From: Candidatus Daviesbacteria bacterium
GTDB lineage: Bacteria; Patescibacteriota; Microgenomatia; Daviesbacterales; UBA10151
NCBI GenBank assembly: GCA_016186955.1
Contig: JACPKP010000006.1
Span: 4,055-68,054 of the forward strand
Direction: 5' to 3'
DNA length: 64,000 bases
Shown here: one piece after another, positions 24,673 to 34,665 of the stretch
How the letters are laid out: every line of letters starts with the position of its first letter
How positions within the stretch are numbered: the stretch's first letter is position 1
Notes under the pieces: model-generated
The model's database searches: none
What the model was told of the DNA's origin: nothing
What the model saw: the letters and a program-made list of their open reading frames with translations, nothing else
Translations under genes and position numbers: made by a program

Positions 24673-27264
24673 TTAAACCACACTCAAACACCACGTTTGT
24701 TGTTTTTGGTTTTGAATTTTTTTGCACTCATTTTTGGCAAAGTTTTTATCAGAATCCCAATCGAGTAAGGAAGTACCTATCTGTTTAAAACAACTTTCCT
24801 GATGAATGCTGCTCAAATTCGAGCAAAAATCAATCATCTTATTAGTCTTGCCCACGAATCTATACGACAGAGAAGATATTACTCCACCTATGCAAACACT
24901 TTGAAAATGCAAAGAAAGCATACTCTCACAATTTGTTTTCATTAAAGCAAAATCTTTTGTAAAACCAACTTGGTTGGTGCCAATGGTCCTGATGCAATTA
25001 TCCTGGAACTTTTCAGGGATTTTGAAACACATACGGGCTACCTTAGCAAAATCCTGGTGGTTCAAAATTGCAAAATATGAACTCTGGTATTGCCAACAAA
25101 GCGCCAAATATTTTTCTTCTAAAATGTTACATGGATAAAACGGATCATCTTTTTTCAGGTATACTGTTGCGTGATCAAGTGAGGTAGATGAAGAAGAATT
25201 TTCCATAAATACCCCTGTGTAACATTTTTCTTTATGTATTTGCGACTCAAGGGCATCACAAAGTCTCAAGGATTCCTTAAGTTCCATATCCGTTACAAAC
25301 ATGGCTGCATGCCCCAACCCATGTAAACACTCATAATATTCCAAAGGTTTTGTATAATCTTCCAATTTCCCACAAATTTTTGGGAATTGTGCAGCAAGGC
25401 TTGCTTCGGTTTCAAGGTTTTGACTTTTTAAGTAAGCCTCAATTGTGCCATGATAGCAACCCCCATGACAGGTTGAATCACACTGGCTATAAACACCACT
25501 TATATTATTTAACTTTTCAAATTCTAGCCGGGAGAGGTAGTGGGTAACTTCGTGGCATCTGGCAAAAACTTCCTGATAGTCTTCGTTTTCTCTCAAAAGA
25601 CTCATGGTTTTTGACAAACCAAACTGGTCATATAAAACTTTTGCAACCCTCTTATAACAATTATCCCGACCGCCACTGCCATAACAGATGTTTAACTGAT
25701 CCCTCAAATATGCATTTTTATCCTGCCCTATCTCTACCGAGCTGAAATTATTTTTTTTTTGCCTGCCATATTCTTTGATAATTGTCTCCAGATATTTTAA
25801 GCATTCATCCGGGTTTTGCAGACTCTGACAAACCATTGTTGATTTATCACCCCAACCTGGAATTTCCTGAAATATTAATTCTCCTGCGGCAGCTTTTGTA
25901 CAGGCTGCCAAGTAATTTGGGTCGCTTATTTGCCGGCAACCGCTTATGATTTGTTTGGGATCGCCCGATGCAGCTATATAAAAACCTAATGAATCAACAC
26001 AAGCTTTTTTAAACTGCTCAGAGGTTGAATTTAAACAAACCTTTATCACATCATCAAAGCTTAAATGAAATCTACTCATCAGCAGAGTAGCCTGATTTCT
26101 ACCACAGCTAAATGAATATTTTGGTCCAAAATTTGCCTCTAAATCATCGCAGGGGTAATAAGGGTCATCCTTTTTATAAAAATTTTGGCTTGCCGACCTT
26201 GCAAACTCCATAAAAACTCCATCAAAACAGTAATCGTTTCCTGATTGCAATTTTCTACAGGCAGCCAATGCCTCCTGAAGGTCTTTGGTTGTATAAAAAC
26301 TTGCAACCCCGTGGCCTATTCCATGCATACAACTTGCAAAAGGACCACCTGTTCCGAGTTTATTGCATGCATCTTCTGCTTTGGGTAAATCTTTTAAGCT
26401 TTTCTCAAAAGCCTTATCTAAAAAGCCATGGAAGCAGCCAAAAGCAAAGTCCTGCGAACAAATAGTGATACCTGAAAAACTTTTCTTTTCGTAAATAAGC
26501 TTTCCCATCAGGTGAGTCAAATCATGAACATTTCCGGTAGTTCCTCCCTGTCCTTGATAAGTTTGTTTTAGAAACTGCCAAGTATTTTCAACCCCCTCAA
26601 TCTCCACCATCTCATTTATACTTTTAATTTGTTCATCAGGAGAAAGTTTGTTTAAGTTTGGGCGGATAAAACTTTTATTTTGGTTTTGTGTTTGATTATT
26701 TTTTTTGAAGTTAAAATGAAACAAACTACTGAAAAAGTTTGAAATTTTATTTTTAGCAATTTCAAACCAATTTTGTTTAGTAGTTTTTGGAGGCGGAAAA
26801 TCCTGATCAACCGCACTTGTTTCACCATTGACAATCAATTCTCCTCGAAAATGCGGATAAAGGTGATCATGGAATTTCCAATTGCCGGTTTTAGGTTTAA
26901 AAGCCCAATCCCTTCCAGGGTCTATCTCATGTTTGGGGTCAAACTCAGGATAGGTATCATGAGTAGGATGGATGTTGGAAGCTGGCCAATGCGCATTACT
27001 GCCTTCATTAATAAATATTACAGTTGTATCGGAATCAATCTCAATTGTTTGCGGATCAAACCCATTATCTGTTATTTTAATCACTTGAGTTGCAGAGTGG
27101 GCAAAAGTCGGTTGAGGGAAAAATGAACTATTCTGCAGTAAACTGCGGAGTATCCCTTCGGGAAAGTTCTTCTGTGAACCATTCATCCTCCACAAAGCTT
27201 GCGAGGTATTCTGGTTCAAGAATAACAAAAAGGAGATTAAAAAAAATTTTAAAAAACCCCCCAT
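24673..27264 (-). CDS. secreted protein (863 aa) with an N-terminal cupredoxin-like beta domain and repeated C-x-HG-x-GH modules
   Basis: Signal peptide. VIKITDNGFDPQTIEIDSDTTVIFINEGSNAHWPAS resembles a cupredoxin-like segment. Repeats include CFHGFLD, CMHGIGHG, CYHGTIE and CLHGLGHA. Paralogous to 31051..32274. Confidence 0.55.
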   Translation of the reverse strand: MGGFLKFFLISFLLFLNQNTSQALWRMNGSQKNFPEGILRSLLQNSSFFPQPTFAHSATQVIKITDNGFDPQTIEIDSDTTVIFINEGSNAHWPASNIHPTHDTYPEFDPKHEIDPGRDWAFKPKTGNWKFHDHLYPHFRGELIVNGETSAVDQDFPPPKTTKQNWFEIAKNKISNFFSSLFHFNFKKNNQTQNQNKSFIRPNLNKLSPDEQIKSINEMVEIEGVENTWQFLKQTYQGQGGTTGNVHDLTHLMGKLIYEKKSFSGITICSQDFAFGCFHGFLDKAFEKSLKDLPKAEDACNKLGTGGPFASCMHGIGHGVASFYTTKDLQEALAACRKLQSGNDYCFDGVFMEFARSASQNFYKKDDPYYPCDDLEANFGPKYSFSCGRNQATLLMSRFHLSFDDVIKVCLNSTSEQFKKACVDSLGFYIAASGDPKQIISGCRQISDPNYLAACTKAAAGELIFQEIPGWGDKSTMVCQSLQNPDECLKYLETIIKEYGRQKKNNFSSVEIGQDKNAYLRDQLNICYGSGGRDNCYKRVAKVLYDQFGLSKTMSLLRENEDYQEVFARCHEVTHYLSRLEFEKLNNISGVYSQCDSTCHGGCYHGTIEAYLKSQNLETEASLAAQFPKICGKLEDYTKPLEYYECLHGLGHAAMFVTDMELKESLRLCDALESQIHKEKCYTGVFMENSSSSTSLDHATVYLKKDDPFYPCNILEEKYLALCWQYQSSYFAILNHQDFAKVARMCFKIPEKFQDNCIRTIGTNQVGFTKDFALMKTNCESMLSLHFQSVCIGGVISSLSYRFVGKTNKMIDFCSNLSSIHQESCFKQIGTSLLDWDSDKNFAKNECKKIQNQKQQTWCLSVV

Positions 27265-27317
27265 ACTTAATCAAAATTATACATAAATGAAAATTTTAAG
27301 AAAGTGTTAAAAAAATT

Positions 27318-28322
27318 TTACTTGCCTGTAAGAAAATCCCAAATAATCTGCCAATAACTACGCTCTGTGCTCACACCTGAAACACCCGGGGTTGGGTAAG
27401 CATAACTAGGTGTGCCATAAGATGGGGTGTCATAGCTTGGGGTGCCATAGGATGGAGTTCCATAAGATGGGGTGTCATAGCTTGGTGTGCCATAAGATGG
27501 AGTAGCATATGAGTCACTAGGGGTGCCATAACTAGGCGTACCATAAGATGGGGTTCCATAGGAAGGGGTGCCATAACTTCCTGGGGTGGGATAAGCATAC
27601 CCTGGGGTGTAATAAGTCCCACTTGGTGTTCCATAAGTCCCTGGTGTGTAGTAGCTTGGTGATGGATAGCTGTAGCCTGTCCCTGGGGTGGGATAAGCAT
27701 ATGGTGATGGATATGCGTAACTAGCGCCTGGAGTCGGATAATAATAATTTGGCGAAGCATAAGGACTATAGTATGTGCTCGGAGTCACATACCCTGAATC
27801 CGGCGTGATGTAACCGCTTCCAGGAGTATAGTAAGGACTTGTATAAGTGCCTCCCGGAGTGTAATAGGATGGTGAATAATAAGTCGGGGTGTAGTAATTT
27901 GGTGTTGAGTATGGCGTGTAGTAAGACGGGGAAGTATAGGTTGAGCCCTCGGGAGGGGTGTAATATTGCGGGGTTGAATAGGGTGTATAGTAGGTTGGGG
28001 TCGAATAAGGAGTCGGTGTGTAATAAGTAGGAGTGTTGTAAACAGCAGGAGTATAGTAAGAAGGGCTGGTATAAGTACTTCCTGCTGGTGGTGTTGGATA
28101 AGTAGGAGTGCTATAAGCAACCGGAGTATTATAGGCAGGCGGAGTTGGATAAGTTCCTGGTGTGTAATAATTTGGTGTTGTATAAGGAGGCGGCGGGGTA
28201 TAGTAGGACGGGCTTGTATAATTTGAACCTGCTGGAGGAGTGTAATAGGTTGGGGTTGAATAGGTTGGAGGAGTGTAATAGGTTGGGGTTGAATAACCTC
28301 CGCCTGTCCATGGTGTGTAGTA
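27318..28322 (-). pseudogene. Tyr/Pro/Thr-rich low-complexity tail (about 334 codons) in frame with 28323..30017 and separated from it by a single TGA; ends in YWQIIWDFLTGK
   Basis: Both track ORFs lie in the same minus-strand frame (coordinates 0 mod 3). My hand translation of 27789..28322 gives YYTPWTGGGYSTPTYYTPP... with no stop. Confidence 0.5.
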
Positions 28323-30017
28323 TCATGGTGTGTAGTATTGCGGTGTGGTGTAGGTTGGTGGGGTTGTATAACTCGGTGTAGTGTAAGTAGAACCTGCTGG
28401 AGGAGTGTAATAATAAGGAGTCATATACTGAGGAGGTGTGTAGTAATAAGGTGTTGTGTAATTTGAACCTGCTGGAGGAGTGTAATAAGAAGGCGTTGAA
28501 TAAGTTGGGGTTGGGTATGCACCGGTCGGCGTTGGGTAATTATTCCATGGTGTGTAGTAATTTGGTGTTGTGTAATTTGAACCTGCTGGAGGAGTGTAAT
28601 AAGAAGGCGTTGAATAAGTTCCTGGTGTGTAGTAATTTGGTGTTGTGTAATTTGAACCTGCTGGAGGAGTGTAATACAACGGCGTTGTATAGAAATTAGT
28701 TACAGGTGGTGTCACATACTCAATGTTGTGCGGGGGGGTGTAATAAGTACCCGGAATATAAATGTCGGGTGGCCTGGGCGCCTTTTCATTAAAACCCGGG
28801 CAAGCATCTTTATGATCCTTACAATAATCATAACAACCCCCAGGAGTTGTACAATCACCCATTTCTTTAATCGGTTCATGTTTGACTTCTGTACCAGGGG
28901 TAAAATAAACATAGGGCGTATAATCATCTGTAGGTCTTTGGGAATTACCATCAAATCCTTTGCAGCTTTCAGCCGTTGGGTTTGCCTTACAATAGTCATA
29001 ACATTCACCAGGCGTTTTACAATTTCCCATATCGGCCCTGGCTTCGAAATGAGCATTGGGTACAGTGGGATCAATTCCATCTGGAGCTTGATCCTGGCAA
29101 GAGTCACCATTCCAGTATTTATCCGCTCCAACACAATCTGTAGCCGGTTTAGTCTCTGAAACTGCAGTACATGCTCCTCCCGGCCCATGAAATTCATTAG
29201 AGGGACAAACAAACGGTACATAGTAACCACTTGAATCCGGTGCATAGCTTCTGCATTGGTCCGGATTAGATTCACAATAATTTCTACATGAAGTTACATC
29301 CGTACAACCGCCAGGTCCCCGGAAATCATTTCCCGGGCTAAAGCTCTGGCATGCTTTAAAATTGTTTGGATCAGAACAAAAGGAACCACAGGTCTCCGGG
29401 GTTTGACATCCCCCCGGACCGCCGGTCTCTTTTCCACCCAATAATCCTGTTTTATTAGCAAATTCATTACATTTATCCTGATTGTTCGGATCAGCACAAA
29501 AAGCGCTACAATTCTCTTTAGAATCACAACCCAAATCCTGTTTTGCAGTTTCTAATATCTCTTTTTTATCAGGTTGTTTGACATACCCTCCCAAGATATC
29601 ATGCCTTTTAGCATAGGATTCGCAAGTATCATGGTTGTCATCTTTCGAACAAAAATCCAAACAAGCGCTTGTGGAACCACAACCCAATTCTTTATTTGTA
29701 TCATCCCAAAATTTTGTATCACCATAAACAGTAGGATCATCTTTATAAAAACCGTTTTGCTTCGCATATTCAGAGCAATTATTGTAATTTATCGGGTCAT
29801 TACAAAAATTTGTGCAATCTTCCAGGTTTTTACAACTTCCTAAATCAATAATGGGGTAGGTCAAATCCTGAGAAGTACTATTTGTTGTGCCATTTGATGT
29901 CGGAGATGCTGGTTGTGCATAAATAATGTTTGTAAAAATCAATAAAAGAAAAGCAACTAAAAATAAGGTTAAAGTTTTAGTTAAATTCAAGGATAGGTCT
30001 TTTGTTAAATTGTTCAT
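28323..30017 (-). CDS. secreted Cys-rich repeat protein (564 aa), paralogous to 22494..24359, truncated by TGA at 28323..28325
   Basis: Signal peptide and the same Cys modules (GSCKNLEDCTNFCNDPINYNNCSEYAKQNGFY...). A PY repeat tail begins before the stop. Confidence 0.6.
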   Translation of the reverse strand: MNNLTKDLSLNLTKTLTLFLVAFLLLIFTNIIYAQPASPTSNGTTNSTSQDLTYPIIDLGSCKNLEDCTNFCNDPINYNNCSEYAKQNGFYKDDPTVYGDTKFWDDTNKELGCGSTSACLDFCSKDDNHDTCESYAKRHDILGGYVKQPDKKEILETAKQDLGCDSKENCSAFCADPNNQDKCNEFANKTGLLGGKETGGPGGCQTPETCGSFCSDPNNFKACQSFSPGNDFRGPGGCTDVTSCRNYCESNPDQCRSYAPDSSGYYVPFVCPSNEFHGPGGACTAVSETKPATDCVGADKYWNGDSCQDQAPDGIDPTVPNAHFEARADMGNCKTPGECYDYCKANPTAESCKGFDGNSQRPTDDYTPYVYFTPGTEVKHEPIKEMGDCTTPGGCYDYCKDHKDACPGFNEKAPRPPDIYIPGTYYTPPHNIEYVTPPVTNFYTTPLYYTPPAGSNYTTPNYYTPGTYSTPSYYTPPAGSNYTTPNYYTPWNNYPTPTGAYPTPTYSTPSYYTPPAGSNYTTPYYYTPPQYMTPYYYTPPAGSTYTTPSYTTPPTYTTPQYYTP

Positions 30018-30253
30018 TTGTTTAAAAATGGATTTTTATATGCCTGAAAAGGGTTAAGATATTGGGTGTCTTTGTTGAAAGGATTACGGTACCCGGTTTT
30101 TAAGGTTACTTTGGGGCTTTGTTTTTTACTTAAACCCGGAAGATTTTTAAAAGGGTTATTAATAAAACCGAAATAAATAAGGAGGCTGCCCGCAATAACA
30201 AGCAGTAACAACAACGGTAATGCTAGATGAATTACTCCTTTTTGTTTCCCCAC
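30014..30253 (-). CDS. small single-TM protein with a C-terminal NPF-repeat tail, paralogous to 24356..24658
   Basis: Ends YRNPFNKDTQYLNPFQAYKNPFLNK. Start overlaps the upstream stop. Confidence 0.5.
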   Translation of the reverse strand: MGKQKGVIHLALPLLLLLVIAGSLLIYFGFINNPFKNLPGLSKKQSPKVTLKTGYRNPFNKDTQYLNPFQAYKNPFLNK

Positions 30254-30337
30254 TCTATTAAAACTTTCTTATATATTGTAATCTTGCTCACAATTATTTA
30301 TGCTTGTCAAGAGGCAATTTTTTATGAAGCTCCACGG

Positions 30338-31054
30338 TTAAAACCGTGGTTTTCTGCTTTTTGCTGATGAATCTACCCACGACTTTACAGTCGGGGTTTT
30401 ATCGAGATAAAAGGCATACTCTTCCTCTAATTTTGACAAATCATAAATAAATAATTTTTTACCGACGTAACCAATTAGATTATTATCCCGAAGTTTTTTA
30501 AATTCCTTGGTCACTGACTCCCTAGCCAGACCTGCTTGATAAGCCAGTTGTTCATGGGTAGGGGAGTAGTCAAAAGTAACTTTACCATTGATATTTTTAC
30601 CAAACCTTTTTGAGTAGATAATCAGATGAGTTATGATTTTTAAATATGCATCACCCAAAAGCAATACTTCCACTCTCTGAAAAAATCCATCCAACCCCAG
30701 GTATATTCTTTTTAACAAATCCAGCATAATATCCGGGTTATTCTTTAAAAATTTTTTAAAATAAGTTTTGGGGGCAAAATACCCTTCAACCTCTGATAAA
30801 GCATCATAACTATACTTATCCTGAATATTCCTTAATATTAAAGACATCGGAAATAGGGAGTAGGGTTTATAAATATTCAGTGTCAGCCGGTTATCGTTTA
30901 AAGCGCTAAACATCCTGACTGCCCCTTTTGTTAAGAAAAATATTTTTTTACTCTTCGGATTGATCACTTGTTTTCCCCTGGCAAAAGTCTTTAACCGATA
31001 TTTACTAAAAAAAGATAAAAGTAGTGTTTGAACCTTAGGATGCATAGAATTCAT
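30338..31054 (-). CDS. Crp/FNR-family transcriptional regulator
   Basis: cNMP-binding-like N-terminus and a C-terminal HTH (THEQLAYQAGLARESVTKEFKKLRDNNLI). Overlaps the upstream gene by 4 nt. Confidence 0.7.
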   Translation of the reverse strand: MNSMHPKVQTLLLSFFSKYRLKTFARGKQVINPKSKKIFFLTKGAVRMFSALNDNRLTLNIYKPYSLFPMSLILRNIQDKYSYDALSEVEGYFAPKTYFKKFLKNNPDIMLDLLKRIYLGLDGFFQRVEVLLLGDAYLKIITHLIIYSKRFGKNINGKVTFDYSPTHEQLAYQAGLARESVTKEFKKLRDNNLIGYVGKKLFIYDLSKLEEEYAFYLDKTPTVKSWVDSSAKSRKPRF

Positions 31055-32274
31055 TGGGAGATAAGCGGGGTAAAATTAGACAAACACTGGTTTTGGAATG
31101 GCTGCTCAATTTTTTTACACCAAAACTCTTTTTGGCTTCTGTCTATCGGGTCTGAGATAATTTGGCTGATAATTGTTTGGTAGCATTCCTGTTTGACGCT
31201 TGGGGGGGTATTTTCGCATATAAATATGGCTTGACCCCGACCGCCAACAGAATAAAATGATCCAGCGTTTACAACAATACAGTTGTCATACCATTTAGCG
31301 CCTGCCTGTTGGCAGAGTTGAAATGCTTTAGAAGGATCGCCATTTGTTAAAGGGTGTATTTGCCTGGCTACATTATCCATACACCAAGCGGCATATTGAT
31401 CATTGCCAACTTCCTGACACAGTTGAGATGTTTTAGCAATATCTCCTTTGTTTATTTGATAAATCCTGGCAGCCTGGTTTAACCAACAACCTTTTTGGTA
31501 TTTTTCTTCAAATGCATTACAGGGAAAATACGGGTCGTTGGACAACCAATCCCTTTTTTGTTCCTTCGCGGTCCCCCAATCATGAACACCAAATAAATTT
31601 TCCATAAAGGCGCCGTTATGACAAGAGCTTAAGGCTTCCGGAAATTTATCTTCTTTTTCATAAAGCCTGTCACAGGTTTTTAATGCCTGCGGTAGATCAT
31701 AATTCCAAATCGCCAGGATCGAGTGGCCAGCTGCATGGACACATTGGAAATACCTAACAGAGGATTCTTTACATTTATCAGTCATCTTGGTGATTGCATC
31801 AAACCCTTGGTCTGATGCAGCCTCAATAATCGCTCCATGATAGCAAGCATAAAGAAAGTAGTCTTTGCACTTTAAAATAGCATCTACTCCGTATTTTTGG
31901 TAGGCATAGAAACCAATCTGATGAACTACCAGATGCCCTTCACCGGTGTGGGGCAGTGGTGAGCGTTCTAAGATTTCTAAGGCTTTCTCCACATCAACCC
32001 TTTCTACTAATTTCCTGGCGGCTTTTAAACGAACTGCCTGTTCAGAGGACATAATATCTTTCATTTCCGGGACATCCTCTTTGGCACCTAAAACAGAATT
32101 GGGGGAAGAATTGTTAAAATTAATTGAAGACTGTTTATTATTCGATTGTAGAGAGGTCTTTTTTGGCTGGTGGCGGTATTCCTGCAGTTGAAAAACAACT
32201 GCCGCAGTAATAAAAAGAAGTAAAATAATTTTAAGGTTGACTTTACTATTTCTTTTATTCCATTTAAACTTCAT
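31051..32274 (-). CDS. secreted or membrane-anchored protein (407 aa) with repeated C-x-H-x-GH modules, paralogous to the C-terminal half of 24673..27264
   Basis: CYHGAIIEAAS, CVHAAGHSILA, CHNGAFMENLFG and CMDNVARQ repeats, with an N-terminal hydrophobic segment. Confidence 0.55.
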   Translation of the reverse strand: MKFKWNKRNSKVNLKIILLLFITAAVVFQLQEYRHQPKKTSLQSNNKQSSINFNNSSPNSVLGAKEDVPEMKDIMSSEQAVRLKAARKLVERVDVEKALEILERSPLPHTGEGHLVVHQIGFYAYQKYGVDAILKCKDYFLYACYHGAIIEAASDQGFDAITKMTDKCKESSVRYFQCVHAAGHSILAIWNYDLPQALKTCDRLYEKEDKFPEALSSCHNGAFMENLFGVHDWGTAKEQKRDWLSNDPYFPCNAFEEKYQKGCWLNQAARIYQINKGDIAKTSQLCQEVGNDQYAAWCMDNVARQIHPLTNGDPSKAFQLCQQAGAKWYDNCIVVNAGSFYSVGGRGQAIFICENTPPSVKQECYQTIISQIISDPIDRSQKEFWCKKIEQPFQNQCLSNFTPLISQ

Positions 32275-32324
32275 TAATCTTGTATAACAGAACCTGAGAA
32301 AATTTTCCAGATGCTTACTAAATA

Positions 32325-32753
32325 TTAATGTACTCTGTTCTTTCTTTTTACCCGAAGTTGGGCAAGGGATTTCTCCAGGATTGCCAATGTTTCTACATAT
32401 TCTTCATCAGATAATTTTTGTTCCAAAGCTTGCTCAGCTCTTTTTCTGGCTTCCTCAACCTTTTTCTCATCAATCTCATCCTCATCTACAGCCAAATCTG
32501 TCAATATTGTCAGGGTGTTTTCTGCAATCTGCATAAACCCTGCCCCAACAGCCATAACCTGGGTTTTATTCCCATGTTTTATCTTTAATTCTCCGGGAAC
32601 CGTTTTTGCCATCAAATTTGCATGGTGGGGAAGTATACCCAGTTCACCTTCAGATGACGGCAGTGTCACAAGATCAACCAATCCTTCAAAAATCTGCTTT
32701 TCCGGAGTGACAATTTTTAAATTCAGCTGGGACATACTTGGAATTATATTCAA
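32325..32753 (-). CDS. atpC: F1 ATP synthase epsilon subunit
   Basis: LNLKIVTPEKQIFEGLVDLVTLPSSEGELGILPHHANL is typical of the epsilon subunit. Confidence 0.85.
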   Translation of the reverse strand: MNIIPSMSQLNLKIVTPEKQIFEGLVDLVTLPSSEGELGILPHHANLMAKTVPGELKIKHGNKTQVMAVGAGFMQIAENTLTILTDLAVDEDEIDEKKVEEARKRAEQALEQKLSDEEYVETLAILEKSLAQLRVKRKNRVH

Positions 32754-33139
32754 TTTATAGTAGCATTGCCAATATGGCAGAACACGGGTGCGGGGCGATA
32801 ATAATAACCTGTATCGACTACCGCTTTCAGGAATATATCAATAAGTGGATCGGGGAAAATTTCTTGCCCGGCACATATGACAGGGGGGCATTTGCAGGCG
32901 CTGCAAAAAGCCTTGATACCATAGTTGAACAAGTCGGGATATCTGCCAAACTGCACCATATAAAAAAAGTTGTTTTAATCAACCATGAGGACTGCGGGGC
33001 ATATGGGAAAGAGGGGAGAATTGACCAACATATCAAGGACCTTAAAAAAGCCCGTCAAAGAATTACAAAACAGTACCCCATATTTGAAATAGATACCTTC
33101 TATCTTAAACTTGATGGTACTTTTGAACAGGACTTCTAG
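32738..33139 (+). CDS. small beta-carbonic-anhydrase-like protein (133 aa)
   Basis: Motifs C-I-D-Y-R and H-E-D-C-G fit the beta-carbonic-anhydrase zinc ligand pattern CxDxR...HxxCG. Confidence 0.45.
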   Translation: MELYSIYSSIANMAEHGCGAIIITCIDYRFQEYINKWIGENFLPGTYDRGAFAGAAKSLDTIVEQVGISAKLHHIKKVVLINHEDCGAYGKEGRIDQHIKDLKKARQRITKQYPIFEIDTFYLKLDGTFEQDF

Positions 33140-33183
33140 CCCTATAGTTTGACAAACCGGCGGATTTAAGATATAATCATCGC

Positions 33184-33744
33184 ATGATTATTGAATCAAT
33201 TTCCCATACTGTGGAAGTAAAAAGGAATTTTGTGAAACCGGCCGAACAGGTTGTGAGAAAACTTGCAGAGGATTACAGCAAGTCATACATGTCATACAGG
33301 AATGCTGTTTGGCTAGATAATAGTGGTGCTGACTACTTTATTATCGGTAGGATACCGGCGCTGGAATTTCTTTTGCAGTCATTGAACCAAAGCAGACTGG
33401 TCAAACTTGTTAAAATAGGTACGTCGTTTGATCAAATCCAAAATGTAAAATTTGAGTCTTTCCCAATGATAGGCGAAAGCGCTATAAGAGGTGTCCTTGA
33501 ATATTATGAAGCAGCACAATCCGAAGTATGCCGCGCTTACCATGCAAGCATGATATCACCCGGCAACCGGTTTGTGTTGGAAAATTGGCTGGGAGCAAGC
33601 TCGGTATATGAGGAATTTCTGGCTGCAATCGGACAGTCCCAAGCCGCTTTAAGAATCGCAAATTTTGCAATCAACAGATTAAACGCCCAAGTTTTCCACA
33701 AATTAGCACAGAATTCTCAACATGAAAGAATATTTACCCATTGA
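33184..33744 (+). CDS. hypothetical protein (186 aa)
   Basis: Intact ORF. Confidence 0.35.
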   Translation: MIIESISHTVEVKRNFVKPAEQVVRKLAEDYSKSYMSYRNAVWLDNSGADYFIIGRIPALEFLLQSLNQSRLVKLVKIGTSFDQIQNVKFESFPMIGESAIRGVLEYYEAAQSEVCRAYHASMISPGNRFVLENWLGASSVYEEFLAAIGQSQAALRIANFAINRLNAQVFHKLAQNSQHERIFTH

Positions 33745-34279
33745 CTTCTGTTTAGAATTTAACTTAGAGAGAAATGGTTTAATTTGGAAATTTTTGGGTT
33801 TACCGCTAGCAAATGACACGGGTTTTACTTCACATATGATCAATTACGTTAATTGTTATGTAGATTGGCACGATGTTTATAAAAATCCAAGAGAAGCCAG
33901 AATGCACATGTATTTAGACGGACTTCACCCTCTTGGTTTAGAAAAACCAAACTTTGAAGAAAAACTATTCAGGATGAGAAGATGGGCGGATGCCATTTTA
34001 GCTTTTGATTCAATAATGACGGATGATTATAATCCCAAGATAGATGTTAATGAACTAAAAAAAATGCTAAGTAACAGTACTCTTCCAAGACCCAGTATTT
34101 TAATACATCCAACAGGAAAAGAAAGTTTAATCAAACTTTTTAGTAATTTAGATTGCTTCTATAACCCATACGATAGACATTTGAATACTGCCCCAATCAA
34201 ACATAATTGGAACGGTTTTGTAGACAACGTAAAATCTGGAAAATTTATAGAGGAATGGAAACGTCAAAAAGGGAGATAG
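33722..34279 (+). CDS. hypothetical protein (185 aa)
   Basis: Intact ORF overlapping the previous one. Confidence 0.35.
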   Translation: MKEYLPIDFCLEFNLERNGLIWKFLGLPLANDTGFTSHMINYVNCYVDWHDVYKNPREARMHMYLDGLHPLGLEKPNFEEKLFRMRRWADAILAFDSIMTDDYNPKIDVNELKKMLSNSTLPRPSILIHPTGKESLIKLFSNLDCFYNPYDRHLNTAPIKHNWNGFVDNVKSGKFIEEWKRQKGR

Positions 34280-34341
34280 GTTATTTTAAATCTTCAGCTC
34301 CACCGATCATGATCATATAGAAAACAGTTTTTAGTTAATTT

Positions 34342-34665
34342 TTAATCTCTGATTCTGGTGAATTTTCTTTTAAAATTTTTGCCTGATTTTATTGCTCTTA
34401 AAAGAACTTTCTTTTTATTTTCTACTGACTCATCTTTTAAACGCAGCAATATTACACCGAAATGAACTAATTTTTCTTTGAAGACTAATTCACCAAAATC
34501 TTTGTCCATGGTTAGGAGAATTCTATTTTCTTTATTGGCAATATCTAAAATGTCAGAATCAGGTTTATTTAGAGCTACTTCTATTGCAGAAATTACATCA
34601 AGACCTAAATCTTTTAAGTATTTAGGTATTTGAATACCCAGATTTTCATCTGTTATAAATTTCAT
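34342..34665 (-). CDS. DUF5615-like (PIN-related) putative toxin
   Basis: MKFITDENLGIQIPKYLKDLGLDVISA...ILLTMDKDFGEL matches the DUF5615 pattern (hxxDENL...LTxDKDF). Confidence 0.6.
   Translation of the reverse strand: MKFITDENLGIQIPKYLKDLGLDVISAIEVALNKPDSDILDIANKENRILLTMDKDFGELVFKEKLVHFGVILLRLKDESVENKKKVLLRAIKSGKNFKRKFTRIRD

Noticed and set aside
1503-28325. Global UGA recoding (genetic code 4 or 25) as an explanation for the two in-frame TGAs.
   Set aside because: hicB (44699..44701) and the SAH gene (14362..14364) end on TGA with correct downstream gene structure. All conserved housekeeping ORFs are intact under the standard code.
27400-28700. Tandem repeats of 15-75 nt that could be mistaken for a CRISPR array.
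   Set aside because: The units are not separated by unique spacers and lie inside an open reading frame encoding YYTP/SYGTP repeats. There are no cas genes.
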